Positions 17,088 to 25,741 of a stretch of DNA of 54,413 nt are shown piece after piece (position 1 is the first letter of the stretch; each line of letters begins with the position of its first letter). The DNA lies in IMG/VR virus record IMGVR_UViG_3300030090_000446, positions 1-54,413 of that record. One strand, given 5' to 3'. The notes beneath the pieces are model-generated. The model made no database searches. It was not told the DNA's origin and saw only the letters and a list, made by a program, of their open reading frames with translations. The position numbers were made by a program, and so were the translations under genes. This DNA comes from a virus (lineage: Duplodnaviria; Caudoviricetes).

Positions 17088-17393
17088 TCAACCTCTATTA
17101 CGCCAGAACTCTTTACTCTTAACGTATTTATTAACGTCTATCTTTTCTTTATTATCTTTATGACAGTCACACCTGCATACTTCAGGATCACACCCACATT
17201 CTATACAACTATCACAATGCGTTCCATTAGTTGTTAAAGTATCACACTCACATACCTGGTCTTCTGTTGCATCATCACACTCGCATAACTTAATTGAATC
17301 TACTTTTACCCATTCTTCATCAAGTAATAACTGTTCACCTTTGTCTTTCACTGCATAATCCCTTTGCATATAGTATCTTCTGTAATAACTCAT
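17088..17393 (-). CDS. Cys-rich, metallothionein-like protein
   Basis: CEC..CEC..HCDSCIECGC..CRCDCH cluster. Confidence 0.6.
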   Translation of the reverse strand: MSYYRRYYMQRDYAVKDKGEQLLLDEEWVKVDSIKLCECDDATEDQVCECDTLTTNGTHCDSCIECGCDPEVCRCDCHKDNKEKIDVNKYVKSKEFWRNRG

Positions 17394-17666
17394 CTACCAC
17401 TTCACTTTATGGCTCCAGTATTTAGCAGAGAGTTTAGTTTTAGGCTTACCTTGTGCATCATGTCTTGCGTAATACGACTTCTTCCTGGCTTTATCTTTAG
17501 CAGTTTTGGGATTCTTACCTGCTCCACGCACTCCTTGCTGACCAAATCTAATTAATCTGATCTTATCACCCTCTTTTGCAAGCACTGCATGGCTTTTCTT
17601 AGGATGTTTTGGTGTTCTTTTAGGTTTATTATAGCCAGAAAACTTCTCTCCACTCTTTTCAACCAT
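17394..17666 (-). CDS. Small basic phage protein, first gene of the late arm
   Basis: GYNKPKRTPKHPKKSHAVLAKEG..IRFGQQG...ARH...AKYWSHKVKW; GGAG RBS. Confidence 0.72.
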   Translation of the reverse strand: MVEKSGEKFSGYNKPKRTPKHPKKSHAVLAKEGDKIRLIRFGQQGVRGAGKNPKTAKDKARKKSYYARHDAQGKPKTKLSAKYWSHKVKW

Positions 17667-17677
17667 AACATCTCCAT

Positions 17678-17720
17678 AAAAATAAGGGAGTTACCTACTA
17701 CACTTTGGAAGACTCCCTTA
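17678..17720 (-). terminator. Terminator/attenuator hairpin just upstream of the first late RBS
   Basis: TAAGGGAGT...ACTCCCTTA stem followed by TTTTT. Confidence 0.6.
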
Positions 17721-17811
17721 AAAATCTGTTTTTCGCTGCAATCACTAGCCTAATCACCGTATACTCCGCAGAAATATAGATAATATAGTCGCAGTAGGTA
17801 TTATGGTACGG

Positions 17812-17840
17812 AGTATATCACATTTAAGTTAAATTGTCAA
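17812..17840 (-). promoter_or_regulatory. Sigma70-type late-arm promoter
   Basis: TTGACA-atttaacttaaatgtga-TATACT; nearly identical to 6848..6876. Confidence 0.85.
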
Positions 17841-18069
17841 GCAAAATTACGGAATAACTGTTTAAAATACGCAAAATATGTTAATACGAGAGCCGTAGCC
17901 CCAAGGCGAAGGCGATCTAATACTAAATAATGTAAAAAAACTATTTAATTATGTTAATACGTGTTTACATTGCTGCCGATTTATGATATTTTACTAAAAT
18001 ATATAGGCTTTGCGTTGCAAACCTTAGTAAGATACTCCGTTGGAGCTTCGTATCCAACTAAGATTACGA

Positions 18070-18098
18070 ATCTTACCATATTTTTATTTGTTTGTCAA
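18070..18098 (-). promoter_or_regulatory. Upstream sigma70-type promoter
   Basis: TTGACA-17 nt-TAAGAT with TG extension. Confidence 0.7.
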
Positions 18099-18201
18099 AT
18101 CACAAATTGTTACAATGACTGTAATATTTCGTGATAATTCTTTATAACTACTTGTTTACATTGAATTTTTGACAATTTTTCATAATCACATATACGCATA
18201 A

Positions 18202-18231
18202 CGGGGAGAGGGGTGGTGGCGATTGCCCGCC
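18202..18231. other. G-rich tract at the divergence point of the two arms; putative physical genome terminus region
   Basis: CGGGGAGAGGGGTGGTGGCGATTGCCCGCC, a GC spike inside an AT-rich non-coding gap of about 900 nt. Confidence 0.5.
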
Positions 18232-18545
18232 TTAATCCGTTTGGACATTTTCGGACAATCCTATCAAGAGCCTAAGAGATTATTAGATATTAAAAGCATT
18301 CTTCTAGATATATCGGGTTCTATTAGATTGGTTTGATGGTTATTGGCTCTTGTTTGAGATACTACGGCTCAAATTGCAGGCTTATACCCATATCGCATAA
18401 ATCACGATCTCATTAGTTGGGGTTTGTGGTATCTCTTATCGTTAATTGTATCGATTTAATAGCGTTAAAAAAATAGCAATTTACCTGGTTTTTAGGGTTT
18501 AAGTTATTGAAAACGCTGCACTTTTTAAAAAAAATCAATTAACTA

Positions 18546-18576
18546 TTTACTTTTAATATTCTTTCATGGTTATAAT
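18546..18576 (+). promoter_or_regulatory. Putative early promoter
   Basis: TATAAT with TTTACT/TTACTT 18-19 nt upstream and an A-rich UP-like element; lies ahead of the AGGAG RBS. Confidence 0.5.
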
Positions 18577-18610
18577 TGGGCAACGAAAAATGAAACATAG
18601 GAGAAAACCA

Positions 18611-19552
18611 ATGAATGTATTATCTTTATTCGATGGAATGTCAGGAACCCAACTAGCTCTTAAAAAGCTAGGTATCAAAGTTGATAACTATTATGCTAGT
18701 GAAATTGACAAGTATGCTATCAAAGTAACGCAAGCAAACTTCCCCAATACTAAACAATTAGGAGATGTTACTAAGCTTTGTTTTGATGTTCATATTGATT
18801 TATTGGTTATGGGTTCGCCTTGTCAGGATTTAAGTTTTGCATCACGTGATAAGAAGGGATTAGAAGGCGAAAGATCTGGACTATTCTTTGAAGGCCTAAG
18901 ACTTGCAAAAGCTTGTTTAGCTATCAACCCTAATTTAAAAGTATTGGTCGAGAATGTAAGAATGACTAAAGCCAATCAGGATCGAATGACTAAAGCTCTA
19001 TCGGATGTTATGGGTCAAGTCATAGAACCCGTAGCAATTAATTCAAATATCTTTTCCGCTCAAAACAGATATAGATTGTATTGGACTAACTTATCTATTC
19101 CAACGCTACCAAAAGATAAAGGTATAGTTATGAAAGATATATTAGAGAATGGTTTTGTAGATCGTGACAAGTCTCATTGTTTAGATGCTAATTACTTTAA
19201 AGGCGGTAATCTAAAATCATACTTTGAAAAGAATAGACGACAATTAGTATTCTCAAAAGATGGATTATGTCACGTAGGTAATGCGGATTTAAACGGACAA
19301 GATGCCATCAAACGTGTTTATCATGCCAATGGTAAATCGCCTACATTAACTACAATGCAAGGCGGTCATCGTGAACCTAAAGTTTATATTGATAACCTAC
19401 AGTATCGTAAACTAACTCCATTGGAATGCGAGCGATTGCAAACGGTTCCAGACAACTATACAAATCACGTAAGCAATACCCAAAGATATAAAATGCTAGG
19501 TAATGGATTTACAATCGATACAATTTGCCATATTTTAAGTGAACTAAAATAA
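18611..19552 (+). CDS. DNA (cytosine-5) methyltransferase
   Basis: Motif I LSLFDG, catalytic GSPCQ, ENV, QxRxR, LTPLECERLQ and LGNG; ATAGGAG RBS before MNVLSLF. Confidence 0.93.
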   Translation: MNVLSLFDGMSGTQLALKKLGIKVDNYYASEIDKYAIKVTQANFPNTKQLGDVTKLCFDVHIDLLVMGSPCQDLSFASRDKKGLEGERSGLFFEGLRLAKACLAINPNLKVLVENVRMTKANQDRMTKALSDVMGQVIEPVAINSNIFSAQNRYRLYWTNLSIPTLPKDKGIVMKDILENGFVDRDKSHCLDANYFKGGNLKSYFEKNRRQLVFSKDGLCHVGNADLNGQDAIKRVYHANGKSPTLTTMQGGHREPKVYIDNLQYRKLTPLECERLQTVPDNYTNHVSNTQRYKMLGNGFTIDTICHILSELK

Positions 19553-19580
19553 TTAATCTTAACTCATAGGAGAACTACCA

Positions 19581-20417
19581 ATGACTATATCAAATCAAAT
19601 CAAAACAATCACTGAAGAAGACCCGCTCGTAATCAAATCCCGTCATAGTGCAAAGATGAAGATTGCACGTGCTACCAATAAAGACGGATCTCTTGATTGG
19701 TCAAAACTTCCTAAGCTTGTCACTACAAACACCAAGTTAGAAAAGCATAGTGATGATATCAAATATCTTACAGCAGGCTTTCAGTTAGCACCAACGTGGG
19801 TATCTGGTTATAATACTTGTGCTGGTGCTAGTCTTGGTTGTGCGAAAGCTTGCCTAGTATTTTCGGGTCATGGCCAAAGACATATGGTTCACGATGGAAA
19901 CCATACGGTATTGATCGCACGTATCACTCGCACAATACTTTGGTTTGATTATCGTGAACAATTCATTGGACAAGCTTTAAAAGAGATCGAAGCAATGAAA
20001 AGAAAAGCATTACGATTGCAAGCAAAAACCGCATTCCGTCCGAATGTAATCAGTGATATCAATTTCTATTTCTTATTCCCCCAACTGTGGGATATGGGAC
20101 TAGATGCAATCTATGATTACACAAAAGTAATTAAGCATACTAAGCTTAATCTAATCGGGCGTTATAGTGTTACTCTATCGCGCACTGAGACAACTACAGA
20201 TAAAACCATACATGACGCTATCAAGTCAGGCGTTAATGTTGCTGTAGTCTTTGATACTAAGAAGGGTCAAGACTTGCCGATCAAATACCTAGGCCATCGT
20301 GTTATAGATGGAGACTTGACGGACAATAGATTTCTAGATGATCGAGGCGTTATCGTAGGATTACGTGAAAAGAAAACAGGTAACACTGATACAACGGGTT
20401 TTGTGGTAAATGTTTGA
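19581..20417 (+). CDS. GP88-like protein (Cys triad, possibly Fe-S / radical-SAM-related)
   Basis: NTKLEK, C-x6-C-x3-C, RxNxxSDI, YDYTK, NVAVVF and IDGDLTDNRFLD..GVIVGL. Confidence 0.7.
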   Translation: MTISNQIKTITEEDPLVIKSRHSAKMKIARATNKDGSLDWSKLPKLVTTNTKLEKHSDDIKYLTAGFQLAPTWVSGYNTCAGASLGCAKACLVFSGHGQRHMVHDGNHTVLIARITRTILWFDYREQFIGQALKEIEAMKRKALRLQAKTAFRPNVISDINFYFLFPQLWDMGLDAIYDYTKVIKHTKLNLIGRYSVTLSRTETTTDKTIHDAIKSGVNVAVVFDTKKGQDLPIKYLGHRVIDGDLTDNRFLDDRGVIVGLREKKTGNTDTTGFVVNV

Positions 20418-20509
20418 GATAGTAGCAACGGCGGTAATGATAACAGTTTTTATCGTTATCGCCATAACCGCAATAATAATATCTAGATAGATGATAGGAG
20501 AGTAAGACA

Positions 20510-20734
20510 ATGACATATATTAAAATAGAAATACCAACACAATGTAAAGAGTTTACCCAATTGGATTGTGAAGAACTAGAACAATTTATAAGAGATAAAC
20601 AGTCTGATAGAGTAGCCAATGATTTATCAACTAAAATAAAAAATACATTTGGCAATAGAGCCAAAAAAGTAGAAAGTAGAATATTTGATATAATCCAATT
20701 ACATAAATTTCTAGATGATAAAGAAGGGATCTAA
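20510..20734 (+). CDS. Hypothetical early protein
   Basis: ATAGGAG RBS; co-oriented. Confidence 0.6.
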   Translation: MTYIKIEIPTQCKEFTQLDCEELEQFIRDKQSDRVANDLSTKIKNTFGNRAKKVESRIFDIIQLHKFLDDKEGI

Positions 20735-20737
20735 ACA

Positions 20738-20923
20738 ATGAAACGGATCAGAGTTAAAATAAAAGAAATTAAACATCTTTTAAACATTAATGTTGATGCT
20801 GTAAAACATGGTTTAAGCGAGGGATATTTTCAACAATCCAGACCTGAAACAATTATAGATTGGCATATAAACAAAACCAGGAAAATCCTGAATGACCAGC
20901 TACGGGATGTACACAATGTCTGA
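20738..20923 (+). CDS. Hypothetical early protein
   Basis: Tightly packed co-oriented ORF. Confidence 0.5.
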   Translation: MKRIRVKIKEIKHLLNINVDAVKHGLSEGYFQQSRPETIIDWHINKTRKILNDQLRDVHNV

Positions 20924-21116
20924 ATTATCCGATGCAATTACAGAGATGATATGGACAGCGGCCCATAATAATAAAGATTATGGATTGAAGGAAGCGAAGG
21001 TATTATCTGAGACTTTGAAAGTGCCAGTGAAAACCATAATGAAGATCATCCAACATGGCAGGAGAACGCCTAAAGGAGTTGATTGGGATATTGTAAAGAG
21101 TAGGAAGATTAACTGA
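20916..21116 (+). CDS. Hypothetical early protein (possible HTH)
   Basis: AKVLSETLKVPVKTIMKII resembles an HTH; overlaps the upstream stop. Confidence 0.5.
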   Translation: MSELSDAITEMIWTAAHNNKDYGLKEAKVLSETLKVPVKTIMKIIQHGRRTPKGVDWDIVKSRKIN

Positions 21117-21178
21117 TGATGTATCTTATTATCTGGTTTTGTGTTAGTACAATATTAATAAACATATAGGAGAGTAAA

Positions 21179-21379
21179 ATGAGTATAGAAAAATTTGCAT
21201 TAATGAGTAAGTTAAAACCAATAGATAGATGGAGGCTTGAAAATATGTATGATGGCCCGATACCTATAGAAGTAATTAAAGGTAAGCTTGCATCTTATGA
21301 GGGTGAGCCAGACATTGATAATGCTTATGGGTATAAGGGTGCTACAGTAGACCCTAGAAATGAGGTAGATGATGATTGA
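21179..21379 (+). CDS. Hypothetical early protein
   Basis: ATAGGAG RBS. Confidence 0.6.
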   Translation: MSIEKFALMSKLKPIDRWRLENMYDGPIPIEVIKGKLASYEGEPDIDNAYGYKGATVDPRNEVDDD

Positions 21380-21509
21380 TATTTTAATAGATATGATTTT
21401 CAGTAATGAGTTTTTTATAATAATGTGTTGTTTCGGATGTATTGCAGTGTATACCTTAGTTAAGATTTACAACGATAAATGGGAAGAATAAATAATAATT
21501 ATTTGGGAG

Positions 21510-21538
21510 TTTACATTAATTATAAATTATAGTATAAA
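21510..21538 (+). promoter_or_regulatory. Sigma70-type promoter
   Basis: TTTACA-17 nt-TATAAA in an AT-rich gap. Confidence 0.6.
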
Positions 21539-21564
21539 GAATTAACAAAAAAAGGATTAAAAAA

Positions 21565-21747
21565 ATGAATGTAAAACAAGCTTTAGAAATCCAGGCAACA
21601 CTAACAGGATGCAAGATTCCAGAGGATTTAGTCACTGCATTAAATGAAACTTGCAGGGTAAATAGTAAGGGTGAAGCAGTAATGTTAGCGGATATGAATT
21701 TAGTATATATAATCAGAGCATACTTAAAGGAGCAAAGAAATGGCTAG
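21565..21747 (+). CDS. Hypothetical protein
   Basis: AAGGA RBS downstream of the promoter. Confidence 0.55.
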   Translation: MNVKQALEIQATLTGCKIPEDLVTALNETCRVNSKGEAVMLADMNLVYIIRAYLKEQRNG

Positions 21748-21940
21748 AACGACAACGGTAATCCAGAGAACTAATCGTTTCACTGGTGAGAAGGATGTAG
21801 TAGAGATTGAGAACAAAGCAGCATCGGCAGGCGGTGATGTAAACGGTAGGGTATATAAACAATACCTTACAAAGACTATCAAATATAAGTATAAGTTATT
21901 AGGTATACGTGGAACTAAACTAGGAAGGTTTGTAGCATGA
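21740..21940 (+). CDS. Hypothetical protein
   Basis: AAGGAG RBS; overlaps both neighbours. Confidence 0.6.
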   Translation: MARTTTVIQRTNRFTGEKDVVEIENKAASAGGDVNGRVYKQYLTKTIKYKYKLLGIRGTKLGRFVA

Positions 21941-22356
21941 AAATCACACAGATAAACAGAGAAGTTTGTAAGCAATTAAGAGTTGATATGAACGAAGCAA
22001 TCAAAGCCAAGCTAGAAGAATATGGTTTGGAAGGAGAGTTCTTAAACGGTTCTTTCGATGATGAACTAGTGACGTTCAAAGTTGATATCAAGATTGCAGG
22101 AGCAATGGATAAACGTGATAAGAAATTATTAGATAGTCTAACTTGGTATGCTAAATACATAGCAGAAGAGTTAGGGGTAGATAAAGAGGAGATACTTAAT
22201 AAAGAATATCGTATGGGTGTAACCCGATATAAACTCATAGGGTATAACTCTAAAGCAAAAACTTATCCATTGATTATGCAAGATATAAAAACTGGTAAGA
22301 AGTATAAGTTTGAGGAAATTATGATAAGAAGAGCTTTTACGGAGCGAGTAGCATGA
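21937..22356 (+). CDS. Hypothetical protein
   Basis: 139 aa; ATGA-coupled at both ends. Confidence 0.7.
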   Translation: MKITQINREVCKQLRVDMNEAIKAKLEEYGLEGEFLNGSFDDELVTFKVDIKIAGAMDKRDKKLLDSLTWYAKYIAEELGVDKEEILNKEYRMGVTRYKLIGYNSKAKTYPLIMQDIKTGKKYKFEEIMIRRAFTERVA

Positions 22357-22577
22357 GAATGGGTAGCGTAGCACATTTCACTAAGATACATGATGATCTC
22401 ATGGCAAAAGGTAAGTATGATGACCTAGTAACGAAGGGTGATAATCCAAAGATTGCCTATCAGGAAAAGGAGATCAATGCTTTAATGGAAGAGAAAAAAA
22501 TATTAAATGAACTGCTAACGAAGCAGGATCATATGATTGAAGAACTAGTTAAAAGATTAAAGGAGTTAACACCATGA
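22353..22577 (+). CDS. Hypothetical coiled-coil protein
   Basis: ATGA coupling. Confidence 0.55.
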   Translation: MRMGSVAHFTKIHDDLMAKGKYDDLVTKGDNPKIAYQEKEINALMEEKKILNELLTKQDHMIEELVKRLKELTP

Positions 22578-22783
22578 GCATAGACCATATAGGCACTAGC
22601 ACTTTACTTAAACATCCTGTATATTCTCCAAGTGGAGATCTGATAGTACATGAGAATAAGCTTAGTCATGCCCACAGAGCGCAATCTAATGTACCAGTTC
22701 CTCCTGTAGAGAGAGCAGACTTCCTGCAGCCGACAAAAGATAATTCAAAATCAATCGGTAAACTTATAGATATAAAGGTATAA
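22574..22783 (+). CDS. Hypothetical protein
   Basis: AAGGAG RBS; ATGA coupling. Confidence 0.55.
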   Translation: MSIDHIGTSTLLKHPVYSPSGDLIVHENKLSHAHRAQSNVPVPPVERADFLQPTKDNSKSIGKLIDIKV

Positions 22784-22854
22784 TAATGGGTGAAGATCCA
22801 AGTCATTACAATCCATATGCACAACAACATTTAGAAAAAAGAAAGAAGAAAACA

Positions 22855-23178
22855 ATGAGTGATTTAACAAGCTACCAAAAGTGGACGCAATCTACTGCAA
22901 TTTATACTAACCCAATTATCTATCCATCATTGGAGTTAGCAGGTGAGGTTGGTGAGGTATGCAACCAGGTCAAGAAGATCTACAGAGATGATGACGGAGT
23001 GGTTACTCCGAAGCGTAAACAAGATCTAGAGAAAGAATTAGGTGATGTTTTATGGGCGTTAGCTAGGTTGATAGACGATCTAGGTTTGGACTTTGATAAA
23101 GTTAAAGAACTAAACGTGATGAAGCTAGAAGATAGACTGCAAAGAAATGTTATCGGTGGATCAGGTGACAATAGGTGA
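22855..23178 (+). CDS. mazG: MazG-like nucleoside triphosphate pyrophosphohydrolase
   Basis: LAGEVGEV..QVKK..RD, KELGDVLW and N..KL..R..R.VIGGSGDNR. The start could alternatively be 22786. Confidence 0.88.
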   Translation: MSDLTSYQKWTQSTAIYTNPIIYPSLELAGEVGEVCNQVKKIYRDDDGVVTPKRKQDLEKELGDVLWALARLIDDLGLDFDKVKELNVMKLEDRLQRNVIGGSGDNR

Positions 23179-23352
23179 GTGATCTTACTGTTATTATATT
23201 GTGCTATATAGTGTGCATATTATTCTTTGCCATTATGAATTACATAGAATATTTAGGAGAGGAGGGTGATTGAATTAATAAACTCTTTGAACATGAATTA
23301 ATAAAAGGGGATAAGTTATCAGGTGCAATCGAAGAATGGTTGGATATTAAAG

Positions 23353-23505
23353 ATGCGTGGGAAGAAGACATTGATCAGGAAATACAACCCTATCGCAAAA
23401 GATCTGAGAACGTCAAAGTATCAGACCAGGATAATTAAGAATAAAAAGAAAGAGGTTAAGAATGATCCAGGATTTAATAAACGATCTGTTCCTGACGGAT
23501 GGTGA
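23353..23505 (+). CDS. Small basic protein (NPIAK motif)
   Basis: NPIAKDLRTSKYQTRIIKNKKK. Confidence 0.5.
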   Translation: MRGKKTLIRKYNPIAKDLRTSKYQTRIIKNKKKEVKNDPGFNKRSVPDGW

Positions 23506-24211
23506 AACCAAACGCATAAACTGCCCAAGCTGCGGAGGTTATAAGACGTTCACCATAACATCTAAGGATGGATTGGTGGTATGGAATTGCTACAAAGCAT
23601 CGTGCAATGCCAAGGGTGCAACCCCTGTATCTATGTCTAGAGATGCACTGATAACTCGTATTACTAAACCAAAAGACTTATCAAAGAGAAGAATAATGCC
23701 GTTGGTAGTACCTTCACATTTCTCTTCTTATTTCCCAGAGAGGATGGTGAAATACATGGATAAGAATAATGTAACTAAAGCATGGCGAGAGGGTAGAGTA
23801 GAATTATTCCATGATGTAATACAGAATCGTGCTGTATTTACGATAGCATCAGCAGGGAAAGCAGTTGATGCAGTAGGTAGAGCATTAGGTAAAGGTATGA
23901 AGTGGTATAAGTATGAAAATACTGGTGAACCCTTTATTGCAGGCTATGGTGAGACTTTATACATTGTAGAGGATGCTGCATCTGCTTGTGCAATATCTCA
24001 CTATGGTACTGCTATGGCTTTACTTGGTACTGATCTATCTGATAGAGCTATGAACATAGCTAAAGGATATTCTAACTGTGTCATCTGTTTAGATAAAGAC
24101 GCAAGTAAGAAAGCTTTGTCATTGACTAAACGATTGAAACAATTTACAGATACAACTATGAGAATACTAAAACATGATCCAAAGGAATATCCAGAGGGAG
24201 TACTCGCATGA
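23462..24211 (+). CDS. DNA primase (Zn ribbon plus TOPRIM)
   Basis: CPSCGG...WNCYKASC zinc finger; IVEDAASA, ALLGT and CLDKDA TOPRIM motifs. Confidence 0.88.
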   Translation: MIQDLINDLFLTDGETKRINCPSCGGYKTFTITSKDGLVVWNCYKASCNAKGATPVSMSRDALITRITKPKDLSKRRIMPLVVPSHFSSYFPERMVKYMDKNNVTKAWREGRVELFHDVIQNRAVFTIASAGKAVDAVGRALGKGMKWYKYENTGEPFIAGYGETLYIVEDAASACAISHYGTAMALLGTDLSDRAMNIAKGYSNCVICLDKDASKKALSLTKRLKQFTDTTMRILKHDPKEYPEGVLA

Positions 24212-25473
24212 TGCCAAACATAGTACCATTTAATGAGTCACCAAAACCAGAGGATAGCGTAGCTAATATGTTACTAGAACTATTCTTTAACTATAAGTTC
24301 TGGCAAGACCATAACCATATGATATCAGAAGATTATTTTGAGAAAGAAAGCAAGAAGATCTTTGATGTTGTTAATATGTCGCATACTAAATATGAAAGAG
24401 ATCTTACTGTAGCTGAAGTAGAAGCTCTTATATTTGCAGAGAATCCGATGCTTACTGGATCTCAACGTGCAGCTATACTAGACATTACAAGGCGTATGAA
24501 AGGTGACATACAGGTTGATGTAGGTAGTGATATACTACAGGCTGCATTTAGGGAACAGCTAGGAGATACTATAGCTAACTTAGGTTTGCAGTTAATGGAA
24601 GGTAAGATAAAAGATCTCAGCCCTCTTCAAGAACTACTAGAGAAGTATGAGGATGGTATAGAAGTTGGTGATGATCTTGGATTTATCTCTAATGATTGGG
24701 ATGATATGTTCAAGTCTAACAAAGAGAATTATCCTTGGACTTGGAACCTATCTCAACTGCATATGCTATGTCCAGGTATAGGACCAGGAACTTTGACAAC
24801 TGTGTTTGCATTGGTTGAAACAGGTAAGTCTGCATTTGCCATAAGCACTGCATTCTCTCCCAGAGGTTTTGCAGATCAGGGTGCGAAGGTACTTATGGTA
24901 TGCAATGAAGAGATAGCAGAGAGAACTATGGATAGAGCAGGATCTGCATACTCTGCATTAGAAACAGATGATGTAGTCAATGACCGACTCAAGGGTAGAG
25001 TATCTTGGGATGGTATAAAGGATAAGATATTCATGGTTAATGGTGATCAGTGTGAGACTATGGAGAGACTAAACTATATCATTACTAAAGGTGGTCCATT
25101 TGATATTGTTATCATTGATCAGCTAGATAAGATGCAGGTTCGTGGTACGTTTACCAGAGATGATCTAAGACTGAGCCAAGTGTATATCAAAGCTAGGACA
25201 CTCGCTAAGAAGCACAACCTAGCAGTCATTGCTATATCTCAGGCAGGTGCTGAAGCTGATGGTAGAACATCTCTACGGTTTACACAGATGGCTAACTCTA
25301 AGATAGGTAAAGCAGCAGAAGCTGATGTAATTATTGGTATTGGAAAGGAGAATACAGAAACACAAGATGATAACTTCTTGAGGTATCTACACGTATCAAA
25401 GAACAAGTTAGGAGGTTCACATGGTCGTGCTACAGTTCGCATCGAACCTAAGATCTCAAGATATGTTGATTGA
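24208..25473 (+). CDS. Replicative DnaB-like (SF4) helicase
   Basis: ALVETGKS, NEE, IIDQLDK, ISQA, SKIGKAAEAD and VSKNKLGG. Confidence 0.9.
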   Translation: MMPNIVPFNESPKPEDSVANMLLELFFNYKFWQDHNHMISEDYFEKESKKIFDVVNMSHTKYERDLTVAEVEALIFAENPMLTGSQRAAILDITRRMKGDIQVDVGSDILQAAFREQLGDTIANLGLQLMEGKIKDLSPLQELLEKYEDGIEVGDDLGFISNDWDDMFKSNKENYPWTWNLSQLHMLCPGIGPGTLTTVFALVETGKSAFAISTAFSPRGFADQGAKVLMVCNEEIAERTMDRAGSAYSALETDDVVNDRLKGRVSWDGIKDKIFMVNGDQCETMERLNYIITKGGPFDIVIIDQLDKMQVRGTFTRDDLRLSQVYIKARTLAKKHNLAVIAISQAGAEADGRTSLRFTQMANSKIGKAAEADVIIGIGKENTETQDDNFLRYLHVSKNKLGGSHGRATVRIEPKISRYVD

Positions 25474-25488
25474 TATGTCATTTTTTTC

Positions 25489-25517
25489 TTGACAAACTAT
25501 AAAATCCATGATAATAG
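25489..25517 (+). promoter_or_regulatory. Putative promoter for the polymerase cluster
   Basis: TTGACA-17 nt-TAATAG preceded by TG; imperfect -10. Confidence 0.5.
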
Positions 25518-25594
25518 GATTGGTTATCCGCTGGAGAGAACTATTACATACATATATAAATAATATTTAAATAATATATATAAGGATATATAAT

Positions 25595-25741
25595 ATGCCA
25601 AAGAGAAAAAAATCTGGTGCTACTTACACTTCAAAAGGAGAAAGAAGAAATGTAAATAAATCTATCTTAAAAGCTGTAAGGCGTGATCGTACAGTAATGG
25701 ATCGTATGTTGGATAAACAGGCAGCAGGATTAAAACGATGA
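25595..25741 (+). CDS. 48-aa basic protein
   Basis: MPKRKKSGATYTSKGERRNV...; TAAGGA RBS; ATGA coupling. Absent from the ORF track. Confidence 0.6.
   Translation: MPKRKKSGATYTSKGERRNVNKSILKAVRRDRTVMDRMLDKQAAGLKR

Noticed and set aside
17667-18610. tRNA genes in the large non-coding gap
   Set aside because: No cloverleaf or T-loop GTTCRA consensus seen.
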